Below the pieces are notes generated by a model, which saw nothing but the letters and a program-made list of their open reading frames with translations, was not told the DNA's origin and did no database searches. This document shows, piece by piece, positions 1-7,095 of a DNA stretch of 64,000 bases. Each line of letters opens with the position of its first letter. The first letter of the stretch is position 1. Position numbers and translations under genes: made by a program. The DNA is taken from positions 26,771-90,770 of the forward strand of contig DVIM01000067.1 in NCBI GenBank assembly GCA_018711265.1, written 5' to 3'. Source of the stretch: Candidatus Spyradocola merdavium. GTDB taxonomy: Bacteria > Bacillota > Clostridia > Christensenellales > UBA1750.

Positions 1-381
1 GTGGCCTCGGCCAAGGCGAAGCGGGCGGACCTGCTCATCGTGGACACGGCCGGACGCCTGCACAACAAGTCCCACCTCATGGAGGAGCTCAAGAAGATCC
101 GCCGCGTGATCGACCGCGACTTCCCCCAGGCGGACGTGCACGTGCTGCTCGTGCTCGACGGCGCGACCGGGCAGAACGGCGTGACGCAGGCACGCGTCTT
201 CCGCGACGCGGTGGACCTGTCCGGCATCGTGCTGACAAAGCTGGACGGCACCTCCAAGGGCGGGGTCGTCATCTCCATCAAGGAGGAGCTGCAGCTCCCC
301 GTCTACTTCGTGGGCGTGGGGGAGAAGAAGGAGGACCTGCAGGTCTTCAACGCCCGCGAGTACGCCGAGGCGATCTTTTGA
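1..381 (+). CDS. ftsY: Signal recognition particle receptor FtsY, C-terminal part (5' end outside window)
   Basis: SRP-GTPase motifs DTAGRL and TKLDGTSKGG; conserved position upstream of ylxM-ffh. Confidence 0.9.
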   Translation: MASAKAKRADLLIVDTAGRLHNKSHLMEELKKIRRVIDRDFPQADVHVLLVLDGATGQNGVTQARVFRDAVDLSGIVLTKLDGTSKGGVVISIKEELQLPVYFVGVGEKKEDLQVFNAREYAEAIF

Positions 382-703
382 CGCGCGCGCAGATCGCCCT
401 GCGCCGCGCGGATGCACAGGACGCAGAGCGGATTGTTGGGGTGGGCACGGTGATTCCCATGACGAGCTGCCCATGGGTTCCAACCCGACGGGCCGCTGCG
501 CGTTTCTCATGAACGTCTACACGGCGCCGGAATACCGGCGGCAGGGCGTGGCCGCGCGCGTTGTGCGCGCCTGCATCGAGGATGCGCGTGCGCGCGGCGC
601 GGGGAGTCTGCTGCTCGAATCGACGCAGATGGGGGAGCCGCTGTACCGCAGTCTGGGGTTTGCGCCCGCCAAAGGGTACATGCGCCTGTCCCTGCGGGAC
701 TGA
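378..703 (+). pseudogene. GNAT-family N-acetyltransferase remnant (internal deletion plus frame change)
   Basis: TTG at 378 overlaps the ftsY stop and opens TRAQIALRRADAQDAERIVGVG (GNAT-like N-terminus), which stops at TGA 510-512. A different frame (473-703) carries the motif-A region VYTAPEYRRQGVAARV through to the C-terminus. The ~60 residues normally between the two pieces are absent. Confidence 0.6.
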
Positions 704-771
704 CGCCGCAGAGGATGGGGGGAAGCCCCCGAAAATGCGGGAAAGATTCGGAAAAAAACGCGGCGTAAAGT

Positions 772-830
772 AAAACTGCTTGACAACCGGGGGGCGAGCG
801 TGTATAATGCCCAAGGTGTCAAGCAGTTTT
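772..830. repeat. Perfect 14-bp inverted repeat AAAACTGCTTGACA / TGTCAAGCAGTTTT bracketing the ylxM-ffh promoter
   Basis: Arms at 772-785 and 817-830 are exact reverse complements with a 31-nt spacer. The left arm contains the -35 box; the right arm lies at the predicted transcription start. Confidence 0.85.
780..808 (+). promoter_or_regulatory. Sigma-A type promoter for ylxM-ffh
   Basis: TTGACA (780-785), 17-nt spacer, TATAAT (803-808). Confidence 0.7.
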
Positions 831-856
831 GCTTCACAGGGAACGGAGGCGAGCGC

Positions 857-1198
857 ATGGAACCCGCGCACAACGCAGAGCTTGCGATGCTGTTGGACTT
901 CTACGGCCCGCTCCTGACCGAAAAGCAGGGCGAGATGATGCGCCTGCGCGTGGAGGAGGACCTCTCCCTCTCCGAGATCGCGGAGAGCTTCGGGGTCTCC
1001 CGCCAGGCCGTGCACGACGCCCTGCGCAAGGCGGAAAAGACGCTGACCGACATGGAAGGCAAGCTCCGCCTGGTCGAAAAGTACAGAAGGCTCCACCGCG
1101 CCGTCGCCCTGGCGCAGGACGCGCTGGAGCGCGGCGACGCGGGCACGGCCCGGCGCATACTCGAGGAAATGCAGAAGGAGGGCGTCTATGGCGTTTGA
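857..1198 (+). CDS. ylxM: YlxM/UPF0122 helix-turn-helix protein encoded upstream of ffh
   Basis: Sigma-70 region-4-like HTH (LSLSEIAESFGVSRQAVHDAL). GGAGG sits 7 nt before ATG 857. The track start at 800 lies upstream of the predicted TSS. The 3' end overlaps the ffh start. Confidence 0.85.
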   Translation: MEPAHNAELAMLLDFYGPLLTEKQGEMMRLRVEEDLSLSEIAESFGVSRQAVHDALRKAEKTLTDMEGKLRLVEKYRRLHRAVALAQDALERGDAGTARRILEEMQKEGVYGV

Positions 1199-2525
1199 AG
1201 GACTTGCAGAAAAGCTGCAGGCGGCGTTCCAAAAACTCAACAACCGCGGCAAGCTGACCGAGAAGGACGTCAAGGACGCGATGCGCGAGGTCCGCATGGC
1301 CCTGCTCGAGGCGGACGTCAACTACCTTGTGGTCAAGGACTTTGTCAAGCGCGTGACCGACCGCGCGGTGGGCGAGGAGATCTTCACCACCCTGAACGCG
1401 GGCCAGACCGTCATCAAGATCGTCCGCGAGGAGATGACGGCGCTGATGGGCGGCACGCAGGCCAAGCTCGAGTTCACGGGCAACCCGCCGACGGTCATCA
1501 TGCTCGTCGGCCTGCAGGGCGCGGGCAAGACCACCCTGGCCGGAAAGCTGGCCGGCATGCTGCTCAAGCAGGGCAAAAAGCCCCTGCTCGTCGCGGCGGA
1601 CGTCTACCGCCCGGCGGCCATCAAGCAGCTGCAGGTGGTGGGCGGCCAGGTCGGCGTCCCCGTCTTTGAGATGGGGCAGGGCGACCCGGTGGAGATCGTC
1701 CGCGCGGGCAAGCGCGAGGCCATCCGCGCCCTGCGCGACGTGATGATCGTCGACACCGCGGGCCGCCTGCAGATCGACGACGCGCTCATGCAGGAGCTGG
1801 AGAACCTCAAAGGCGAGCTCCGGCCGCAGGAAATCCTGCTCGTCGTCGACGCCATGACCGGCCAGGAGGCCGTCAACGTCGCAAAGACCTTCGACGAAAA
1901 GCTGAACATCACGGGCGTCGTGCTCACAAAGCTTGACGGCGACACCCGCGGCGGCGCGGCGCTGTCCATCAAGGCCGTGACCGGCAAGCCCATCAAGTTC
2001 TCCTCCGTCGGCGAAAAGCTCGACCAGATCGAGCCCTTCTATCCGGACCGCATGGCCTCCCGCATCCTGGGCATGGGCGACGTGCTGACCCTCATCGACA
2101 AGGCCACGGCCCTGGTCGACGAGCAGCGCGCCGCGGACCTGGAGCAGAAGATCCGCAAGAACCAGTTCACCCTCGAGGACTTCCTCGACCAGTTCCAGCA
2201 GATGCGCAAGATGGGCGGCATGGCGGACATGCTCTCCATGCTCCCGGGCGGAAACAAGATCGCCGCCGAGGTCGACGAGGAAGAGATGAAGAAGAACCTC
2301 GGCCACACCGAGGCCATCATCCTCTCCATGACCCCGCGGGAGCGGCGCAACCCCGCGCTGCTCAACGCCTCGCGCAAAAAGCGCATCGCCGCCGGCTCCG
2401 GCGCCACGGTCCAGCAGGTCAATCAGCTCCTCAAGCAGTTTGAGCAGACCCAGGCCATGATGAAGCAGTTCGGCAAGATGGGGAAGATGGGCAAGAAGGG
2501 GCGCAGGCTCCCGTTCAAGTTCTAA
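1188..2525 (+). CDS. ffh: Signal recognition particle protein Ffh
   Basis: GLQGAGKTT P-loop, DTAGRL, TKLDGDTRGG, and a Met-rich M-domain tail. Confidence 0.97.
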   Translation: MAFEGLAEKLQAAFQKLNNRGKLTEKDVKDAMREVRMALLEADVNYLVVKDFVKRVTDRAVGEEIFTTLNAGQTVIKIVREEMTALMGGTQAKLEFTGNPPTVIMLVGLQGAGKTTLAGKLAGMLLKQGKKPLLVAADVYRPAAIKQLQVVGGQVGVPVFEMGQGDPVEIVRAGKREAIRALRDVMIVDTAGRLQIDDALMQELENLKGELRPQEILLVVDAMTGQEAVNVAKTFDEKLNITGVVLTKLDGDTRGGAALSIKAVTGKPIKFSSVGEKLDQIEPFYPDRMASRILGMGDVLTLIDKATALVDEQRAADLEQKIRKNQFTLEDFLDQFQQMRKMGGMADMLSMLPGGNKIAAEVDEEEMKKNLGHTEAIILSMTPRERRNPALLNASRKKRIAAGSGATVQQVNQLLKQFEQTQAMMKQFGKMGKMGKKGRRLPFKF

Positions 2526-2533
2526 GAGAGATA

Positions 2534-2562
2534 TTGATTCCAAGCGATTGGAATGATATAAA
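2534..2562 (+). promoter_or_regulatory. Candidate promoter for rpsP operon
   Basis: TTGATT, 17-nt spacer, TATAAA. Confidence 0.45.
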
Positions 2563-2595
2563 AAAATTCAAACGATACGCAGGAGGTATCCTACA

Positions 2596-2841
2596 ATGGC
2601 AGTGAAGATTCGCTTGAAGCGCATGGGCATGAAGGGCGAGCCCTTCTATCGCGTGGTCGTGGCCGACAGCCGCACCCCCCGCGACGGCCGGTTCATCGAG
2701 GAGATCGGCACCTACAACCCCGTCAAGGACGACAAGGCCATCACCCTGGACGTCGAGCGCGCCAAGTACTGGCTGAGCGTGGGCGCGCAGCCCACCCAGA
2801 CGGTCAAGACCGTGCTGCGCAAGGGCGGCGCGATCGAGTAA
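2596..2841 (+). CDS. rpsP: 30S ribosomal protein S16
   Basis: [11 protein letters not shown]...[10 protein letters not shown], the typical S16 N-terminus. Confidence 0.97.
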   Translation: MAVKIRLKRMGMKGEPFYRVVVADSRTPRDGRFIEEIGTYNPVKDDKAITLDVERAKYWLSVGAQPTQTVKTVLRKGGAIE

Positions 2842-2887
2842 GGCGTTTTTCCCCGCGACGCTCCGGCACTGGAAGGAGGGCGCAGTC

Positions 2888-3115
2888 ATGGCAGAGTTGG
2901 TCAAGTACATCGCGTGCTGCCTGGTGGACCATCCCGACCTCGTCGAGGTCCGGGAGGTGCCCGGCGACCAGGCGCTCATCCTGGAGCTCCGCGTAGCTCC
3001 GGAGGACATGGGCAAGGTCATCGGCAAGCAGGGCCGCATCGCCAAGGCGATTCGCGCCGTGGTCAAGGCCGCAAGCCTGAAGACCGGTCAGAACGTGCTT
3101 GTGGAAATCGTCTGA
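2888..3115 (+). CDS. ylqC: KH-domain RNA-binding protein (YlqC/KhpA type)
   Basis: 75 aa with the GKVIGKQGRIAKAIR GXXG loop; conserved rpsP-KH-rimM context. Confidence 0.9.
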   Translation: MAELVKYIACCLVDHPDLVEVREVPGDQALILELRVAPEDMGKVIGKQGRIAKAIRAVVKAASLKTGQNVLVEIV

Positions 3116-3291
3116 CGGCGATCCGCGAAAAAACGCCGCCTGCGGCGCACATGCCGCCGCTGCGGATGGAAGAGGAAGGGGCGCAGTTTCCGCCCCTTCG
3201 CGCATCCCCGAAGAAAGCCGGGGAGGGAAAGGGGGGAGCGTTCGCCGCGGCGAATGCCCCCCTTTTCGCGTTGGAAGCAAGGAGGTTCTTC

Positions 3292-3813
3292 ATGAAGGAA
3301 TATCTGATGATCGGCCAGGTGATCAAGCCCCAGGGCGTGCGCGGGGAGATCAAGGTCCTCCCGCTCACGGACGATCCGGAGCGGTTCCTGGACCTTGCGC
3401 GCGTGTTCCTGGACGAAACGGGCGGGGAGGCGCTTGCGGTGCGCGCCGCGCGCACGCGGGAGGGCTACGCCTACCTTTGCCTTGCGGGCGTGGAGGACCG
3501 CGACGCGGCCGAGGCCCTGCGCGGCCGGGAGCTCTTCGTCCCCCGCGCGGAGGCGGCGCCCCTGCCCGAGGGCCGCTACTACATCGCGGACCTGATCGGC
3601 ATGCAGGTCGTCGACGAGGCGGGGCGGGAGCTCGGCCGCCTTGCGGACGTGATGCAGGCGGGCGGAAACGACGTCTACGAGGTCCGGGGGAAGAGAACCT
3701 TCCGCTTCCCCGCGCTCAAGCGCGCGCTGCGCGCCGTGGACGTCGAGGGCGCGCGCATGGAGCTGGACAGCGCGGCCCTTTCGGAAATCGCGGTGTATGA
3801 CGATGCGGATTAA
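3292..3813 (+). CDS. rimM: 16S rRNA processing protein RimM
   Basis: IGQVIKPQGVRGEIKV and a PRC-barrel C-terminus; GGAGG lies before ATG 3292; the upstream part of the track ORF was discarded. Confidence 0.92.
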   Translation: MKEYLMIGQVIKPQGVRGEIKVLPLTDDPERFLDLARVFLDETGGEALAVRAARTREGYAYLCLAGVEDRDAAEALRGRELFVPRAEAAPLPEGRYYIADLIGMQVVDEAGRELGRLADVMQAGGNDVYEVRGKRTFRFPALKRALRAVDVEGARMELDSAALSEIAVYDDAD

Positions 3814-4600
3814 GATTCTGACGCTCTTTCCGGAGATGTTTTTGCCGGTGCTGGGCCGGAGCATCACGGGCCGCGCCATCGAGCGCGGCATCCTCTCCAT
3901 CGAGCCCATCGACATCCGCGCCTATACGAAGAACAAGCACAACCGCTGCGACGACTACCCCTACGGCGGCGGCGCGGGGCTCGTGATGACGCCCCAGCCC
4001 ATCTACGACTGCTTCCGCGCCGCGGTGCAGGACTTCCCCGCGCGGCACATCCTGCTCTCGCCCCGGGGAAAGACCCTCACCCAGCAGCGCGCGCGGGAGC
4101 TCGCGCAGGAGGAGAACCTCATCTTCCTCTGCGGCCACTACGAGGGCGTGGACCAGCGCGCCGTGGACGAGTGGATCGACGAGGAGATCTCCATCGGCGA
4201 CTACGTGCTCACCGGCGGGGAGCTGGCGGCCATGGTCGTCATCGACTGCCTCTCCCGCCACATCCCCGGGGTGCTGGGCAGCGGGGAGTCCGCGCAGGAG
4301 GAGAGCTTCTCCGAGGGCCTGCTGGAGTACCCGCAGTACACCCGCCCCGCCGTCTACGAGGGGCGCGAGGTCCCGGAGGTGCTCCTCTCCGGCCACGACG
4401 CCAACATCCGCACTTGGCGGCGGGAGCGGAGCCTGGACATCACGCGGGAGCGCCGGCCCGAGCTGCTGGAGCGCGCGCCCCTGACCCAGCAGGACCGCGT
4501 GTACCTCGGCTGGGAGGAGATGCCGCCAAAGCGCCCGCGCCGCAAAAAAAAGCGGCCGCAGGAGGGCGAGAGCGCACAAAATTTACCGGAGAATCCTTGA
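3797..4600 (+). CDS. trmD: tRNA (guanine37-N1)-methyltransferase TrmD, with basic C-terminal tail
   Basis: RIKILTLFPEMF, GGGAGLVM and YEGVDQR motifs; an alternative start exists at ATG 3803; overlaps the rimM stop. Confidence 0.95.
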   Translation: MTMRIKILTLFPEMFLPVLGRSITGRAIERGILSIEPIDIRAYTKNKHNRCDDYPYGGGAGLVMTPQPIYDCFRAAVQDFPARHILLSPRGKTLTQQRARELAQEENLIFLCGHYEGVDQRAVDEWIDEEISIGDYVLTGGELAAMVVIDCLSRHIPGVLGSGESAQEESFSEGLLEYPQYTRPAVYEGREVPEVLLSGHDANIRTWRRERSLDITRERRPELLERAPLTQQDRVYLGWEEMPPKRPRRKKKRPQEGESAQNLPENP

Positions 4601-4606
4601 ATTTGC

Positions 4607-4635
4607 TTGATTTTTGCCGGTTCCAATGGTATAAT
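4607..4635 (+). promoter_or_regulatory. Strong sigma-A promoter for rplS (inside the trmD 3' end)
   Basis: TTGATT, 17-nt spacer, TATAAT, with TGn extended -10. Confidence 0.65.
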
Positions 4636-4641
4636 ACCATC

Positions 4642-4745
4642 CGTTGACCATCAATGGGACGGTCCGCTGCTGTTTCGACCGCCGCGCTGTTTTCCGCGCG
4701 ATCCGGCAAGAGCATGAACGTCTACACAGGGAAGGAGAAACAACA
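4642..4745 (+). promoter_or_regulatory. Structured 5' leader of rplS (possible L19 autoregulatory leader)
   Basis: ~105-nt UTR containing short hairpins (TTGA/TCAA, CGCGC/GCGCG); assignment to a family is not verified. Confidence 0.3.
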
Positions 4746-5093
4746 ATGAACGAGATCATCCGCGCCATCGAAATGGAGCAGCTCCGTACCGACATTCCCA
4801 AGTTCTCCATCGGCGACACCGTCCGCGTCCAGGTCAAGGTCGTCGAGGGCAACCGCGAGCGCCTGCAGGCCTTTGAGGGCACCGTCATCGCCCGCCGCAA
4901 CGGCTCCTGCCGCGAGACCTTCACGGTCCGCCGCGTTTCCTACGGCATCGGCGTTGAGCGCACGTTCCCCATCCACAGCCCGCGCGTGGACAGCATCACG
5001 GTCGTCCGTCGCGGCAAGGTCCGCCGCGCCAAGCTGTACTACCTGCGCGACCGCTTCGGCAAGGCCGCCAAGGTCAAGGACAGCTCCAAGTAA
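4746..5093 (+). CDS. rplS: 50S ribosomal protein L19
   Basis: [28 protein letters not shown]; GGAG lies before ATG 4746. Confidence 0.97.
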   Translation: MNEIIRAIEMEQLRTDIPKFSIGDTVRVQVKVVEGNRERLQAFEGTVIARRNGSCRETFTVRRVSYGIGVERTFPIHSPRVDSITVVRRGKVRRAKLYYLRDRFGKAAKVKDSSK

Positions 5094-5103
5094 AACGGGA
5101 AGC

Positions 5104-5140
5104 AAAAAGGCCGCATCCGCTCCGGATGCGGCCTTTTTTG
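5104..5140 (+). terminator. Intrinsic terminator after rplS
   Basis: Perfect 11-bp stem GGCCGCATCCG/CGGATGCGGCC with a 3-nt loop, followed by T6. Confidence 0.9.
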
Positions 5141-5149
5141 CCGCAAGCC

Positions 5150-5178
5150 TTGCGGAGAAGAATCGCTCGGTGTATAGT
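5150..5178 (+). promoter_or_regulatory. Promoter for rbgA-rnhB-yraN
   Basis: TTGCGG, 17-nt spacer, TATAGT. Confidence 0.5.
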
Positions 5179-5210
5179 AGTAGGGAAAAATGACCATGGA
5201 GGAAAGCAGT

Positions 5211-6101
5211 TTGGATATACAGTGGTACCCCGGACACATGGCCAAGGCCCGGCGCATGCTCGCAGAGAGCGTCAAGCTCGTGGACGTGGTCATCGAAATG
5301 GTCGACGCGCGCGCGCCGGCCTCCACGCGCAACCCCGATTTTGACGACCTGTTCGGCACAAAGCCGCGCGTGGTCGTGCTCAACAAGGCGGACCTTGCCG
5401 ATCCGGAGGCGACGCGCGCCTGGATCCGCGCCTACCGCGCGCGCGGCTGGGACGCGATCTCCTTTTCCGCAAACGCCGGCAAGGGCGTGAAGGAGGCCGT
5501 GTCCCTGGTGGAGCGCGCGGCAAGGCCGGTCGTGGAGCGCATGAAGGCCAAGGGCGTGAACAAGACCGTGCGCGCCATGATCGTGGGTATCCCGAACGTG
5601 GGAAAGTCCACCTTCATCAACCGCCTGCGCGGCTCCGCGGCCGCCAAGGCCGGCAACCGCCCCGGCGTCACCCGCGGCAAGCAGTGGATCGTCGTGGGCC
5701 CGTACCTGGAGTTTTTGGACACCCCCGGCATGCTCTGGCCCAAGTTCGAGGACAAGGAGGCCGCGCGGCGCCTGGCGTTCCTCGGCTCCATCCGCGGGGA
5801 GATCATGGACAACGAGCGGCTGAGCGCCGAACTCCTGGAATTTTTGCGCGACCGCGCGCCCGAGGGCGCCAAGGCGCGCCTTAAGATCGACATGGACGCG
5901 GAGAAGAGCGGGGAGCAGCTCCTGGAGGAGGCCTGCCGCCGCCGCGGCTGGCTCCTGCCCGGCGCGCGGCCGGACACCGAGCGCGCCTCGGCCCTGATCC
6001 TGGACGAGTTCCGCAGCGGCAAGATGGGCCGCCTGACGCTGGAGGCCCCGGTGCAAGCGCCCGAAGGGGAGGATGAAAATGGCAGGGAAACGGGAGACTA
6101 A
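5211..6101 (+). CDS. rbgA: Ribosome biogenesis GTPase A (YlqF/RbgA)
   Basis: DIQWYPGHMAKA and circularly permuted GTPase motifs (NKADL, GIPNVGKST). A TTG start at 5211 has GGAGG 8 nt upstream and mimics the Bacillus N-terminus. The track start ATG 5190 would be almost leaderless. Confidence 0.9.
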   Translation: MDIQWYPGHMAKARRMLAESVKLVDVVIEMVDARAPASTRNPDFDDLFGTKPRVVVLNKADLADPEATRAWIRAYRARGWDAISFSANAGKGVKEAVSLVERAARPVVERMKAKGVNKTVRAMIVGIPNVGKSTFINRLRGSAAAKAGNRPGVTRGKQWIVVGPYLEFLDTPGMLWPKFEDKEAARRLAFLGSIRGEIMDNERLSAELLEFLRDRAPEGAKARLKIDMDAEKSGEQLLEEACRRRGWLLPGARPDTERASALILDEFRSGKMGRLTLEAPVQAPEGEDENGRETGD

Positions 6102-6711
6102 GCAGGAGCGCCTTATGCGCATGACCGAGCGCGAGCGGCCCCTCTGGGAGGCGGGCGCGCTCGTTGGCGGCGTGGACGAGGCCGGGCGCGGGCCGCTGGC
6201 CGGCCCGGTGGTGGCGGCCTGCGTCGTCATGCCGCCCGAGCCCCTGCTCCCGGACATCAACGACAGCAAGAAGGTCGCGGAGAAGAAGCGCGAGGCCCTC
6301 TGCGAGGAGATCCTGCGCTGCGCCGTCTCCGTGGGCGTGGGCGTGGCCTCGGTCGAGGAGATCGAGAGCCTCAACATCAAGCAGGCCGCGCGCCTTGCCA
6401 TGAAGCGCGCCATCGAGCTGGCAAAGCCGGCGCGCGTCTTCGTGGACGCGGAGCGCGGCCTGGACGTTTCCGTGCCGCAGGAGGGCATCGTCCACGGCGA
6501 CGCGGTGAGCTATTCCATCGCCGCGGCCTCGATCGTGGCCAAGGTCACCCGAGATCGGATGATGCTGGAGCTGGACGCGCAGTACCCGCAGTACGGCTTT
6601 GCCCAGCACAAGGGATACGGAACCCAGGCCCACTACGAGGCCCTGCGCGCCTACGGCCCCTGCCCCGCGCACCGCAGGCTCTTCATCCGCTCGGCCTTTG
6701 CGCCGAAATGA
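6073..6711 (+). CDS. rnhB: Ribonuclease HII
   Basis: GVDEAGRGPLAGPVV and DSKK motifs; the start could be ATG 6079. Confidence 0.93.
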   Translation: MKMAGKRETKQERLMRMTERERPLWEAGALVGGVDEAGRGPLAGPVVAACVVMPPEPLLPDINDSKKVAEKKREALCEEILRCAVSVGVGVASVEEIESLNIKQAARLAMKRAIELAKPARVFVDAERGLDVSVPQEGIVHGDAVSYSIAAASIVAKVTRDRMMLELDAQYPQYGFAQHKGYGTQAHYEALRAYGPCPAHRRLFIRSAFAPK

Positions 6712-7082
6712 GCGCCCATGGGGACCGCGGCGCCATGGGCGAGCGCGCCGCGCGGGCCTATTTAGAGGCAAAGGGCCTGCGCTTTGTCGGCGCAAACCTG
6801 CGCGTCGGGCGGGACGAAGTCGACCTGCTCATGCGCGAGGGCGAGACGCTGGTCTTTGTCGAGGTCAAGCTCCGCAAGGACCGGGACGACGCGCCCTTTG
6901 CCGTGGACGCGGCAAAACAGCGGCGCATTTCGCGCGCGGCCGTCGTTTATCTAGCGGAGCATGGCCTGTTGGGCCGGCCTGCGCGGTTTGACGTGGTTTC
7001 GGTCGGGTTCGATGGGGCGCGCCTGGACGTGCGCCACATCGAAAACGCCTTTCCGCTCGCGCGCGGAAGATATTTTGTATGA
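6708..7082 (+). CDS. yraN: YraN-family (UPF0102) endonuclease-like protein
   Basis: GERAARAYLEAKG...EVDLL...LVFVEVK, the signature of UPF0102; ATGA overlap with rnhB. Confidence 0.85.
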   Translation: MSAHGDRGAMGERAARAYLEAKGLRFVGANLRVGRDEVDLLMREGETLVFVEVKLRKDRDDAPFAVDAAKQRRISRAAVVYLAEHGLLGRPARFDVVSVGFDGARLDVRHIENAFPLARGRYFV

Positions 7083-7095
7083 CGAGGATGAAACC

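Noticed and set aside
800-856. N-terminal extensions offered by the ORF track (ylxM from 800, GT-C protein from 6961, trmFO from 15724, rplS from 4644, uvrC from 46143, SEDS from 40075, large U32 from 51018)
   Set aside because: In each case an internal start with a proper SD matches the conserved N-terminus of the family. The extension lies upstream of a promoter or terminator, or inside the preceding gene.
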